NCBI RefSeq assembly: GCF_963853765.1 | Contig: NC_088858.1 | Span: 1,054,001-1,118,000 of the forward strand | DNA length: 64,000 nt | Reading direction: 5' to 3' | Source of the DNA: Magallana gigas | Taxonomy: Eukaryota | In this document: piece by piece, positions 13,236 to 26,140 of the stretch | How positions within the stretch are numbered: position 1 is the first letter of the stretch | Layout of the letters: each line of letters starts with the position of its first letter | Made by a program: the position numbers and the translations under genes | Notes under the pieces: model-generated | Seen by the model: the letters and a program-made list of their open reading frames with translations, nothing else | Database searches by the model: none | Told to the model about the DNA's origin: nothing

Positions 13236-15219
13236 CTACAAAGCAATGTATTAATCGTATCAAATGATGCCTTCTGTGTTAACTCTGCTTTTCTTGCCCA
13301 CAAAGTTTTATGCCTATCATAACTATTTTGCTTAAGATTTCAATTCTTGGTTTCCTATTAAAATTTTAAGTTTTAGGCAAAATATACCAGTAAATGTAAA
13401 CATTACAAAGCAATTCAAGTATTAATAAGCTTTAAATTCCTCCTGTCAAGTTCTTATTAACTACAATGCATGGGGAATGAATCTGGTCAATATATTATGT
13501 GTATAGTAAGTTTCTTTTTTAATTTTACAATTTAAATCTTCAACATTTTCAATAATGAACATATAAGTAATTATGAATCTGACATATTGAAGCAAAGCAT
13601 ACAGTTCTATATGAAGCAGTTTAATAGCATTAGGTTATTTTAACTAGTTTGTTATTAGCTGGTTAGTATATATATAGTCTCTGAGGGAAAGATCAGTCTT
13701 ATCTCCTCCAAACCCTTAGCAGGTGCCCCTCAAAGTCCTCAACAGGTGCCCCTCAAAACACCAGAGTCAGGAGCCCCTCAAAACACCTTGACAGGTGCCC
13801 TCAACAGGTGCCCTTATAGGAATACAGAGGGCTTGGGCCAGATATGTGGCCCTGTGAGACTTAGCTACAGTGTGTAGGGCGAGTTAGATGACAACAGCTA
13901 GTGTTTACATGTAGACATGTTATTTGACAACATAAATGTACATGGTCTGATAGATATGTATTTATAGTAACAATGTGGACAGGTGAAATGTTTCCGTGAA
14001 TACAACAGAAATGTTCACAACAACAACAAGACAGGAGGATGGTTCACAAAAAAATGTCATCAGTCAGGGATTACTGTCCCTCATTCTATAAACCATGATT
14101 TCTTTAAAAACAATGCATGCAGTTTCTGTAACAGGATTTATTCAGCTTCCGTATTCAAGCACAGTTATAAACAATCGTCAGTGTACAAGTATTGCATTAA
14201 ACAGAAGGAATCACTGAACACATCCAGATTTGTTCACAAAATCGGAAACATAATAAACAACATGATTACATAGTGTGTGGATTGGATTAATTAAGTACAG
14301 CAAGTATCACTATAACATAAAGTAAAAAAGCAGCACTAATAAACAAAAAAGCAGCACTAATAAACAATACACAAAATGGCTGCAGAAAACTACAAATTAA
14401 TCTCATTCAAAATTATCCCTATTCCTTATAACCTGAGAAGCTCACTAATTCACTTTATTATTATTTTAGTTTCATCAATGATTGGTCCATTATGAATATT
14501 TCAGAAAAGGGACAATAAATCCACCTCCTTATCAATTATGTGTATATGCATATTTATAAAAAAAAAAAACTTTCATGTTAAACTTCAAAATGACAACAAT
14601 TTGAATTGGAAGAACACAAAACCAAACCTGATAATAGAAAATAAGATAATGTTTCTGGTGTTTGTTTAGTCATGAAATTCTCAAGATTATCATCCCTACC
14701 AGACCCCTACCCCACCCTTGTAATTTTAACCATATTGGTCGAACATTTGATCTTGCTTTAAGTAGATAAATGTCAAATCACAGGAATGTATATTAGAGAA
14801 AGATTAGAACAGCTCTAAAATGACATTAGGAGATCAACTTTAATAGAGAAATATATGAATGTATGCTTTGGAATAAATTCTTGAAATATCACTCTAAGAA
14901 AAATATTTTCATATGTCTTGAGAAGAAAAAATTGTTTGGCAGTAAACTCACATATATAATTCATAATGTAAAATTGAGACAGAAATGTAATGAAATCTTA
15001 TTAAAACAATAGAAATATAAGCTAACTTTGGTCATTTACTCTTCTCTTAATAATACTCTTGTAACAAACATTCTAAGTATTTGGTAATAAGCATCTTGAA
15101 GGCATCAAACAATATACAATAAGTATCTGGCAATTAAATCAATTTAAATATGGCACCCTCTTTCAATATTTATCAATGAAAAAACATCACAGCTTTTAAT
15201 GGAATGCAATCATGACATA

Positions 15220-15510
15220 AAACTCTGTAAATATTGGGACTTAATCTTTGATATATACAAATAACTGAATATAACCCTAATGTAAAACTCTCTAAGTACC
15301 AGTATATTGGACTATTCCTTGATATACAAATACCGGAATCTAACCTTGATGTAGAACTCTGTAAATATTGGGACTAACTTTTGATATACAAATTACAGAA
15401 ATATAAATGTGAACTGATGTACAACTCTGTAAATATTGGGACTATTCTTTAATATACAAAACAACAGAATATATCCGTGATTTACAACTCCCTAAATATT
15501 GGGACTGTAA
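15220..15510. repeat. Degenerate ~65-bp minisatellite, 5 copies, downstream of the giant exon stop codon
   Basis: Recurrent aactctgtaaatattgggact core near 15221, 15287, 15355, 15423 and 15486. Confidence 0.8.
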
Positions 15511-16121
15511 ATCTTAGTTTTATGTTAACACTGGGACTAGAGCAGAATCATCAACTATAAGTACAAGCCTGGACCATTATCACAGAATCAAGCAAAAAAT
15601 CAAAATAAATACAACAAATCTAATCTTGTCTACTGTACATAATAAACATAATCATTCAAAAAAGGACTTACAAAAAACAATAAATGTAGCTGAACAATAT
15701 CTAATAAGAAAACAAAGAACTAAGTACTATATATTTATACATGTACTTTTAAGTACTGTCTTTAACTTCTACAGAAGAAACAAATCGTCTAGCAATTGGA
15801 AAGTCACTTTCTTTAACACGTACATATTTATTATTTCGGATTATAAAATACTTAGACACAGGTGTAAAACTTGAGCACTATCTTAATTCTTAAATATTAG
15901 TTAGCACATATCACAAAACTTTACAAACCTTACAGACATGTGTACAAAGTTTACCGTCCTGTTATGACATTATTCCTAAACTTAAGTTATACAGAAAAAA
16001 ATCAAATACATGTACCCGCACAAAAATTTTGTAACCCATGCATTCATTTTTTACTAAGAACAATATAAATGAAATTGTGATTTGTGATGCCAAACGGATG
16101 TTTTAAGTCCTCAAGTTTGAC

Positions 16122-19100
16122 TCAGATGAACAAAAAGAGCATTGAGACAAGAAATATCAGTATTGCTAGGAATATCTCCGACAGGATATACACTGACTCT
16201 GGGCTCTCTGGGCGGACAACCAAAGCACTTAACCTTTTTGCACTTAAAGTCCTAGCCAGCATGGTGGGAACTTCTCTTACGCTGTGCTGAGGTTCTGGTC
16301 GACTGCCTTCCTTTTGTCTTACAGATTGAGGAGGTTCCGGTTGACTGGTTTTCTTTGGACCACAGGAAGTACTTGCCGCTTTGGTGCTTTTTTCCTGCTC
16401 TCGAGGCTTCTCCCTGATCAAAGTCTCTGGATGATTATCTGTGCTGTATTCTGTCAATCCCAGTTCTGCTTCAAAGTCTGAGCTTTCAGACTCGCAGAGA
16501 GGAGCTGCTTCTCTTGTTTTAAGATCCTTCCTATTTCTGTTTGTTTCAAGTTTACCTTTACTTTCAGCTTCTTCTTTACTTGCTGTAACACCCCTTCTTC
16601 CCATCATTGAGCTGTCTAAGTAATCTTTTCCTTGTCTCTCACTTGCAAGTTCTCTTTGAGCAATAATTGGTATGTTTTCTACTTCTTGTTTTGAGTCTTT
16701 TATGAAATTAATATCTTTCTTCCATGCATTTTCACCTTCTGTTTCCCTATTCTGAACAGAATGAACACTGTCTACAGAATGAACACTGTCTACAGAATGA
16801 ACACCGTCTACAGAATCTTTTCCTTTCTCTTGCTGCTCTTGCTTCTTTGCCTCCATTTTCCTGGTAGTTCCCTGAAGAGATCCATCAATGTAGACCTTTT
16901 TCTTTGGGTTTTCATTGTACAGCCTGCTTGAGACATTGTGGAACATGGCTTCCTTTGGATACATCTGATATGACCTACTGACATAAAAGTCACCAGGTTC
17001 TCTTTGACTTCTGACCAAGTCTGTGGTGTTTCTTGTGTGATTTGAGCTCTGTTCTTTTTCTCCTTTGCTCATATCATGGTTCAGTTCCTGTAGCTTTGAA
17101 GATATGTCTGACGGAGACTCATAGTCAAGAGTTGTATTGTTTTGATGGATATCTAGTTTCATTGTTGTGTCTTGGCAATCTTTCTTAACCCAAATACTAC
17201 CACTATTACCAATATTTTTAACAGATGCAGTGTTATTCTCTTTTTTGTAAATTAAAGTATTTTCCTGGACTTCAGCTTCTTTACCAATCTCTCCCTCACT
17301 CTTAGCACACTTGCTGCTTCCTTCAGGACCTAATTCTTGTTCATTTCTTTTCCCCTCCTGCTCTACCTTCCTGTCTCCTTCACCTTCTGCTGCCTCAACC
17401 TTTCCACTGAAGTTTTCATCAGCCCCTCTTTTCTCCTGGATTGTAGTGTCTTCTTTACCTTCTGCTACATCTATCTTCAAACTGGAATGTTCATCAGCTC
17501 CTCTATTCTCCCGATTTGTAGTGTCTCTTGTGGTTGCTTGTTTTTCCTGTTTGTCTAGCTCATCTGTCCCATGGAGGAATCTCTCTGAGTGGGACAGGAC
17601 CCACTTTGCAGTGCTGCCATATTTGTTTCCTGATGACTTTTGCTTTTGTTTTCCAGATTGGCAATCTTTATCCTGTTTGGAACACCCATCGAGCTGCTGC
17701 TGAGAATTTGGCTCTTTTTTAGAGTCTGTAACTTTTGGAGGAGTGACATTTGGAGATAAAGTGCTCTTTGATGCCAATGGGGTCATGATTTTCTCAGATT
17801 TATTTTGCTGTGTTGATGTTATTGTTACATTCTTTTTTGGAGGGATGAAAGTCAAAGGTTTGACAGGTGCAGACTTCCTGTTCCAGTCTGAGAAAGCACT
17901 GTGGGATTGACCACTGGAATTCTGGGAGGGCTTACAGACACTTGCTGCTGTAGATGTAGAGGGACTAAGTGTAGACGAAGAGCTGCCAAGTGTAGAATTA
18001 CTGTAGCTCTGGGAACTTGGAGTTGTACCCTGGGTTGAAACTATTGCACACACTGAGTAGCTTATATAGGGCTTATCCACAGGTGAGCTCTGGAAAGAAA
18101 CAAAAGTCGAGTTTCTCTGAGATTCTCCAGACTTGCTGACACTGAGAATACCCTGACTTTGGTTATCAATATATGACTGATCAACTGGAGGAGAGGCATT
18201 TGTTGCAAAAGATGAATTTGTTGATGTGTTGTTCTCCTGGACTAAGACTCCAGGAACACATTGTTTTGCTACAGCAGCAGTGGGTGTGAATCGTTTGTCA
18301 TCCTGTACTGGTGTACAAACCCCACTATCACTAGTCAATGGAGCGCTGTCAGGCGTGGAGAAATTTGGATCATTCTGTGACACTGAATGGCTGTCTCTTG
18401 CAGCTCTGACAGGTAGAGAGCTAGAAGGGGACAAGACAGAACCAGAGCTGATTGGAGTCTGAATTCCTTGACGCTGTTTTTCATCAGAGACATGGACGAA
18501 AGCTGTTTTAGGGACACACGCTTCCTTTCCTAGTAAGGAATTTTTTTTACTGTCATCTTCCACTTTTAGTTCATGGCTCTGTTGTATTTTAGTCTCCAAG
18601 TCTTCATGATCTAAACCTGAAACTTGGTTTCCATCCTTGGAAGCATTAGCAGCATCTAGAATGTTCCTGGATATTTCTACAGAGGTAGTTGGTTTGGTAT
18701 GGGATGCTGAAGGCTTTGATGATTCTTCGAAAGAGTTCTCAGCTTCTTTGAATAAACTTCTGCAAACATTTCTCTCTGTCATCATGTGACTCTCTTTCTC
18801 TGACTGAAGTGGAGTCAGATCATCACAAGGTTTATTAGCACAAATCTCTTCCTTATCTATTTCTATCACTCTGTCACTTTCACTGGTTCTTTCCTTGAAT
18901 GTATTTAGAACATCATTTTTTACTTGAGATCTTCTTGATATTGGGTTCTCCGACACATAAGATTTATCTTTCAGAGAATTGTCATTAGAAAATCCTTCTT
19001 CATGGTGAAAACCCTCCTTACATGTATATTCATCCCGATCTTCTTCTGAGATCTTTTTTTCTGCTGGCATCTTCAGACTTTTCTGCAGCAGTGTCCTATG

Positions 19101-21166
19101 GGTTTTGGATTCCTCCAAAGGAGCCTCATTTTTAGGTGACCGTGGAGAGGATTCTGGGGTACAAGAGCTAGATGACCCGTCTGAGTCGCTGAAATACCTA
19201 GGGAGAGATGGGGTGGGTGGGGAGGTCTCTGACCCTGACATCTGGTCATCTGAGTGACAGTCATCAATAAAGTCAAAATCCAGTTTCTGAGGGGACCCAC
19301 TGGACTTCTCCTCATCAGAGAACCCATGCCTCAGCTCATACACTAGATTGTCCTCACTGGAAAATCGGACTTTTTTGCTGGCTGATGGAGGGTTCTTGGG
19401 GGCACTGACCTCTCCCCCCAGTGTGACTGACCTTGCTCTTCTTACACACGGTTCATTGTCGTATTCCTGGAGAAAATCATCCACACTGGCACTTCCTTCC
19501 TCTGAAGACAGTGACAAGATGGAGGCTGTACTGTTTGTCCAGGCATCTCTTCCATCTTCCATCCCATTCCTATTTCCATCATGTTCATCTTCCGCTGTAC
19601 CATGAGCTGTAGTCTTTGTTAATTCTGTTTTTATTGAAGGGTCTTCATAAAGAATTTCCTCCACTAATCTCTTCTCATTCACTAAATCACAATGGTAACT
19701 ATCAACTTCACTTTCATTCAGAATGTTGCCAGTTGAGGAGGTAGATTGAGGGCCTGCGGCGAATCCATAGTACTCAAAACTGTCATGTAGCTCCATCTCC
19801 TCTGGAGGATCCTTAAGGTTAGAGCGAAGGATGCTGTCATCAAGGGGTTTCTGATCCCGGGGGCTTTTGGAGGCTTCAGAATCAGGCTTTCTGATGATGT
19901 ATTTCTCCAACAAAATGGCTTCATTGTTTTTATAGCTGAAGCTGTCCTCTGAATTACCAGGACTTTCGTTATAGAAAGCTCTTCTTTCCATGGCTTTTTC
20001 TGAAGGAGCAATTCTATAGTTCTTGCTAAGACTTTTAGTACCAAGTTGTCTGTGTCCTGGTTCTGAATCCAAGTCTTGGATCACAAATCCAGATTTCTCC
20101 AGACTGACTCTGGCTGGTGGTGACTTGACATCAGCCTGGGCCTTCTGTCTGTCTCTTCTACCTTTCTGTCTGGTGGAGTTAACCTTTTTCTCCTCGAGCT
20201 TTACATCAGCTCTGTGGTCATCATCCGACTCTGAAGAGCTGTACCGATACAAACTGCCACCAAATGAGATCTGACCCTGTGTGGACTCTGAACTTCTGTG
20301 AGCCTTGTCCATCTCTGTATTTCCACCTGTTAGTTCTGGACTGCGGTCAAATGAACCGGATTTAGAAGAATTTGCACAACTAATATTACTATCATTTTTC
20401 CTTCCAGATGCATTTCTCTCGAAAGTGTCAGAGAAACCTTCATCCACACTGGAGTTGAAATCGCTCTCTTTAAGATTTCTCCTGACCTTCTGATTATACT
20501 GAAGAGGATTCCTAGGAGTGGATGTCATGGTTGACTGAACATTCAGTGGGCTGTCCATGCTTGATTGACTGCTGGTTCTCTTCTTAAGGTACCGCCCCTT
20601 GGGCACTGACAATTTCTGAGGCCAAAGTTCACTGTCACTCCTGCTAAACTGAGAACTAGCACTTCGGAGACTTTCTTCATCAAACGACACCTTCTTGAAA
20701 TTTTCGCTTCCTGTACGCTGGCGCCCTCTTTGCCGTTTTAGATTAGGTTTAGTTAATGAGCTATGTGAGCTACTTTTCTGATTAGTGTCCTTCACAATCC
20801 ACATATTCCCTGAGTTAGTATTAGCATGTGTATACTCTAGATTATATAGTCTGTCAGTACGTACCATGTCATCCTCCGCTCCCTCTCTATCGTCCGCTTC
20901 CTCAAATGATCGCCGCCGGCGGTGGTGGTGCTCTAAGTTGTTGTTCACTGGGGCATCCTTCTTCATCACTGCTGCAAGTGGAGTGGGCACTGCGTGCATC
21001 CTCTCCATGCGACTCTTCCTGTTGTCAGGCCCCTCCTCCTCGTCATCATCAAACACATCCTCCGGCTCTCTGTTATGGATCTCCGGTTCCGGAACCTTCT
21101 TCATCATCTTCTCCTCACGGTTGTACTCTGGGATGTGTCTTGGCTCTGGGCGAGGCTTAAACATTT
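16122..21166 (-). CDS. FERM gene exon 11, long form: giant (5045 nt) terminal exon encoding a disordered Ser/Glu/Lys-rich region and a C-terminal TM segment. The short form is 20865-21166.
   Basis: Acceptor cattgacag|aaatg in phase 1 with exon 10; 1683-codon stop-free ORF ending VYILSEIFLAILIFLVSMLFLFI*; internal donor atg|gtacgt at 20865/20864. Confidence 0.85.
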
Positions 21167-21464
21167 CTGTCAATGACAGAGAAACAACAAATCAAAAACA
21201 TAGCTGGGAAATATTAAAATAATGGGTAATTGTATGAAATGAAAGATAATCTGAGCAAGATAGAGGACCAACAAACCCAAAACATAGGATGAAAATATAA
21301 TGAATTGCTCAATAAATATTCAATAAAAAAAAAAATAGAGATCAAAGACGCAATGCTATAACTGCTGAACCAAGAGTGATATCTGAATTTAAAGATGATA
21401 ATACTAGGAAACAAATAAAAGCAACTGAAACTCTATTTTATATAAATATTCTTCCATTTGTTAC

Positions 21465-21658
21465 CATCATGAAGGTCTTTGTTCTTGGTTCTGCCGTGAT
21501 ATGTAGCGCGACTGTGAACCCGATCAAAGAACGGGGAGGGGCGGTCCACGCCCATCATAGCCTGCTTGGTCTGGAAGTGGGTGCGACCGGAGTAGCGGAA
21601 CTTGGATCCAAGTCGGAGCAGTCCCCTTTGTGTTCCAGGTGAGTCTGGCTCCCTGTTC
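21465..21658 (-). CDS. FERM gene exon 10, FERM-adjacent (FA) domain
   Basis: LLRLGSKFRYSGRTHFQTKQAMMGVDRPSPFFDRVHS matches the 4.1-family FA motif; canonical ag/gt boundaries. Confidence 0.92.
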
Positions 21659-21925
21659 CTGTAACACACACAGTCAAATCATCATCAATCCACTGCCAAC
21701 TTATCTCATTTTTTCTATCTTCCTAGTCAATTCTTAAAATCACTTTCTTTTCCCTATCTCTTTTCATCATCTTCTTTCCTTTTTGGTTATCAAACATGAA
21801 TCAATTGACATTAAATTATTTGTTTCCCCCTCTCTCTTTCTTTCTCTTTCTCTTCCTCCTATCCTACCTCTTACAATATGTGATATATTTTATGGGTTAT
21901 ACATAAGTATATGGCAAGTATTTAC

Positions 21926-22023
21926 CTAAAGAAAGCATGGTTTTCTACACAGATTTTCCACATGCGTTTAGCGTGCCTGCTTGACATAAACTTGAATCCA
22001 ATCAAGCTCTGGAACTCTTCAAA
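21926..22023 (-). CDS. FERM gene exon 9 (FERM C-lobe)
   Basis: FEEFQSLIGFKFMSSRHAKRMWKICVENHAFFR; ggcag| acceptor and |gtaaat donor. Confidence 0.92.
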
Positions 22024-22158
22024 CTGCCAACGAAATGTTTCATGATCAGAAATCCATTTAAGGTAATTAAGGTAATTAATGAACAGGACAATGTCGTGAC
22101 AGTCGTCCCTGAATAAGCCTTACTGGATTCAGACACAACAATCTACAACTGTTCTTAC

Positions 22159-22311
22159 CTCCCCGGTTCGTAACTTGATGTAGAACTTCTTTCTCCTGTA
22201 CGACATCTTCAGAATCTTTGGCCACACAAATTTGTTGATTTGGAGTTTCTCCCTAAAGACTAGGATTCCACTCCAGCACACGCCTAGCTGTATGTCGACA
22301 TTCTCCCCATC
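22159..22311 (-). CDS. FERM gene exon 8 (FERM C-lobe)
   Basis: DGENVDIQLGVCWSGILVFREKLQINKFVWPKILKMSYRRKKFYIKLRTGE; donor |gtaaga. Confidence 0.93.
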
Positions 22312-22799
22312 CTGCAAAATCAACAAATCGTAAAACCAAGTGTCTAAATAAACTCAGCCATATCAGCTAAATGTCTGTATTCTCCTCGACTTGACAAAAA
22401 TCTATCATTCATAAAATCTCAGTTACTCATTGATACCAGTAAATTTCTACAAATCACCATGTCTTAACAAAAATCAACAAATACTCTGTATACAGGGTTA
22501 TTTTCGCCCAGTGTAATTTTTGCCCCTCTAAACTTGCAAACAGTTTTGCGCTGTCTTGAATTTTCCAAGACACAGTTGAGTTTAAAGAGAGATCATTTGA
22601 GACGATAAAATCTACCCTTAAATTTTCTGGCTGACAACGAGGGCGAAAGGACGAAATAAAAAAAAATATTTTCCTGCAAACAGTAGTTCAGACACACTTG
22701 CAAAATATCAGTTTTTAATTGACTAAAGAGCACAAAATGAAATAAATTACTATCGAGCATACAATGAGATAAATTACTAACGAGCACACATATAAGATG

Positions 22800-23045
22800 G
22801 AGCACACTGCTCAGTGGTTATTGGCGTTAGCCCAGTAACCGAAAGGTCAATGGTTCAAACCCCACAGTGGTCACTTAACTTAGACAAGGCACTTCATCTA
22901 CATTGTTTAAGTCCACCCAGCTGAAATTAGGTACCGGCTTATGCTGGGGGTTAACCTGTTATGGACTGGTGTCTCATCCAGGGGGAATCAGTGACTTTAT
23001 CCGCTTAGCACCATGGAAACTGGGAATAAGCACCCGCCGTATGTG
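22800..23045 (+). mobile_element. tRNA-derived SINE in a FERM intron
   Basis: A box tgctcagtgg, B box ggttcaaacc, then a SINE-type body (caaggcacttca...ccacccagctg...ggtacc...ctgttatggactgg...catccagggg). Confidence 0.75.
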
Positions 23046-23089
23046 ATGTGCCTTCAAGGACACATATAAGAGAAAATGAAGATGTCTAC

Positions 23090-23177
23090 CTTTGCATTAC
23101 TGAGGTCCACTCCATACATCGCAAGTTTCTTGGCGTTTTCCAGGAAGTGTAACTCTGCTGCTTCTGGTGTCTGACCC
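23090..23177 (-). CDS. FERM gene exon 7
   Basis: [29 protein letters not shown], the 4.1-family [14 protein letters not shown] motif. Confidence 0.95.
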
Positions 23178-23446
23178 CTGAAAAAGCCAGACAGTCATTT
23201 TTGGGTTTTGGGAATTTTGACAAATTTTCATTAAAAGTAGAGTTTGAAATGCTGACCTTGGTAGATTTTCATAATTTCAACTCAGCAAGTTAACTTTATT
23301 AAAATGATCACAATCTATTTCTTCATTATATTTTTCTTTAATTTGGCAAAACTTAACTTTTGCAGCACACCATAATTTACTGTATAAACTGAAGGATAAG
23401 TATATATCAAGTATATGTTTAAAATTGAACAGTTTTCATCAATTAC

Positions 23447-23626
23447 TTATGAGTCCTGTGAAGCTCTGCAATCTTCTTCAACAGTTCGCGGTCTTGATGA
23501 GGAGCGAATCTCATTTTTCTGATGTACTCTGTTCCAGGACCGAATTCATCGATGTCGAAATCTCCTAATTCTGATTGGACGGTATAGGAGCCGAGTAGTG
23601 CGTATGTCACCGCAGAGCAGGGAAGC
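23447..23626 (-). CDS. FERM gene exon 6 (FERM central lobe)
   Basis: LPCSAVTYALLGSYTVQSELGDFD...LLKKIAELHRTHK. Confidence 0.95.
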
Positions 23627-24182
23627 CTAAGATACAATAATAGAAATGCTACATGTGCATCATTCTGTTAAATGTATTCAATTTCTTTACCTGTATTATC
23701 TGAGGCCATCTTTTCATAAAGTTTTGGTTGCTATATTTTGACCCAGGGCTCAAACTTATGGTTGGTAGGTACAGCTCTGTCATGTAAACAAGTTTTTTTT
23801 TCTTGGGGGTTAACGAGTTTAGATGAATTCTTGACCTTGCACCTTTAGCCATCATAATTATTCAGTTGTAATTGGTAATACGAGAATTGAATTTGATTGA
23901 AATTTTATAATTTTTAAAAATATCATCGGAAATATGCAAAGAACTTTTAGGCAGCCTTGCTTCATGATGATTTGAATGAATTGTACGTGTTTGGAGCTTG
24001 TAATTGTGTTGATTTTTAAAATAGATCCTTAATGGGGCTATTTTAATTGTTATCTAAACAGGATTAGGGAGGTCACATCTTATTAACTGCTTTGTGGATT
24101 CCTTACTTGACAAGGACAAACACACTTAGTGACACTTACACACCCTTTTGTATCTTTCTCTGGCAAAATAGACACAAAATAT

Positions 24183-24186
<4 letters not shown>

Positions 24187-24234
<48 letters not shown>
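24187..24234. repeat. (CT)n microsatellite; a (GA)n tract also lies at about 29742-29780
   Basis: Read directly from the sequence. Confidence 0.95.
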
Positions 24235-24235
<1 letters not shown>

Positions 24236-24369
24236 ATAATTGTCAGTAGCTTAGTGGTTTTTCAGAGCCACACTATGTTAAAAAATTCTGCAAAGAAGTG
24301 TGAAACACAGAGTAAACTGATTATCTGATTCTGTACTCAATGACATGTCAACCAATATTTATATTTTAA

Positions 24370-25332
24370 GGTAGTCCTACACTCGGCACTAAATGGGCTC
24401 AATCATTAAAAGCTTAGCTTTAAAAGATAAATATACATTCTAGCAATACATATTCAAAAGAAAATATGTATGTTTACATGCTAGTTTGGTTGTTATCACC
24501 TCTCAGACGGGTATACCCCCTTACAAAAATTATTGACAATTATGAAATTTGCCAGACGTCCGTTTTTCCTAAAAATAATTACAAAAATTTGGGAAAATTA
24601 GAACTGAACATACAAAATAGAGTAAAAATATTTATTTAAGCCATATCTCATTAATAATTTTGCGCAAGTTTTTGTAAGTAATTACGCTTTATGGACCTGA
24701 TGTATCAAAATAGAATACAAAAAATGCAATGCTAGTATCGCGTTTGGTAATTTTTTTACTATTTTATGGACTCAAACTTAAATTCATGGTGATTATTCTA
24801 TAGATTGACATCTTAGAAAAAAGATTTGGTAAAATAAATTATATGTTGACGGATTACTTTTCACGCTATAAGCTCTAAACCAAGTAGACCCTGACGAAAA
24901 AATCCGTAAAAATCACATTTTGCTACAGTTTTCTGCCTAGATCTGTCAACAATGTTAGATATCATTTAAACATTAATTAATTGACGATTGATTAAATTCG
25001 AAATAGCTTCTGTCTCTAAACCGGTTTTAGTAAAAGAAAAAGAAAAATTCGGGGGGGGGGGGGGTCAAAACAAAGAAGATATAAGCATACCTGAGATCCT
25101 GGTTAATCAGAAACTTCGTTTTTTATTTTACTTTAACATAATCGAGTTTCTCAACATTATTCATTTCTATCTCTCATAGAATACATATATTACCGTTCTA
25201 ATTGCTTATTATTGCCATTGTTTACAACAGCGATGTAGAGCAAAATCAATACCGGGTATCAAAAACGCTTTGTAAAAGCCGAACCAATATTGTAAAATCC
25301 GTATTATGACGTAGTGCGATACTCGGACTACT
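24370..25332. mobile_element. Kolobok-like non-autonomous DNA transposon
   Basis: ttaa|ggtagtcc ... ggactact|ttaa: TTAA duplication, purine-purine start and short TIR. Confidence 0.7.
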
Positions 25333-25817
25333 TTAAGTGAAAGTAGAAAATAATAAAAATGAATATAAACAATTTTATTCAATGAATTGTATTATAAACA
25401 CTTGAAGAGTATTTTTTCATACAATAAGTGCTTCATAATATGTTTATGTAAAGAGTAATCGAAAAAGTAATTATAATTAAACTGACCTTTTTAGCTGTAA
25501 TCGATTAAATTACGATTACAAGTAATCGAAAATATCTTTGATTACAGATTACTGTTGATTACTTGAAAAGAGTAATCATTACAATCGATTACGATTACTC
25601 AATTTCGATTACCCCATGCCTAGTAGGTAGAGATATTTTAAAAAATATTAGAAAATATAAATTAATTAAAAATATATCTGCTGACCATTGGATTTCAAAA
25701 GAAAGGTACTTTCTGCATGTCAGACAAAAGAGGTATTTATTTTAAAAAAATCCTTTTGATCCTGAAATTTCTTATCTACATTTTTAAAATCGTCATGATT
25801 TTCAATAGCTGACTTAC

Positions 25818-25862
25818 TTCTCATTGACAATGTCGTTTCTTATCTGCAGACACAGCTGGTAT
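25818..25862 (-). CDS. FERM gene exon 5
   Basis: (R)YQLCLQIRNDIVNE(K); ttgtag| acceptor and |gtaagt donor. Confidence 0.92.
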
Positions 25863-26140
25863 CTACAACACAAAACAAAATTAATTAGCTTTGATTCAAA
25901 ACAAAGAAAATTTTAAATAAAATTGATTTTCTCTGGGTAAATGGAGAAAGAAAACTTGTGAACAACTCAAGTTCAATCTGTTTCATTGAGAAAGTGGAGA
26001 ATGAGAAGAAAAGAAAACATACCATGGTTTAAATTATTTGTTTGTGATTAAGGAGAGGTCAGATTGGGGGGGGGGGGGGAGGAGGGGGGTGTGTGGGGGG
26101 GAGGTAGGCATTAAGGGGGTGAATTATACTATAGACTCAC

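Larger units (their letters stand above)
7391..13542. repeat. Segmental duplication copy A (native 3' end of the FERM gene)
   Basis: Matches 1-3843 apart from scattered substitutions and the HINE insertion at 9868-12179. Confidence 0.97.

Noticed and set aside
16757-16815. VHSVDS hexapeptide repeat in the giant exon
   Set aside because: A simple 18-bp slippage repeat with no supportable function.
16284-21222. Many plus-strand and alternative-frame ORFs over the giant exon
   Set aside because: Shadows of a long GC-richer coding exon.
26065-26110. G-rich tract with G-quadruplex potential (similar tracts at about 55430-55500)
   Set aside because: Poly-G/C runs are frequent throughout this window, and there is no evidence of specific function.
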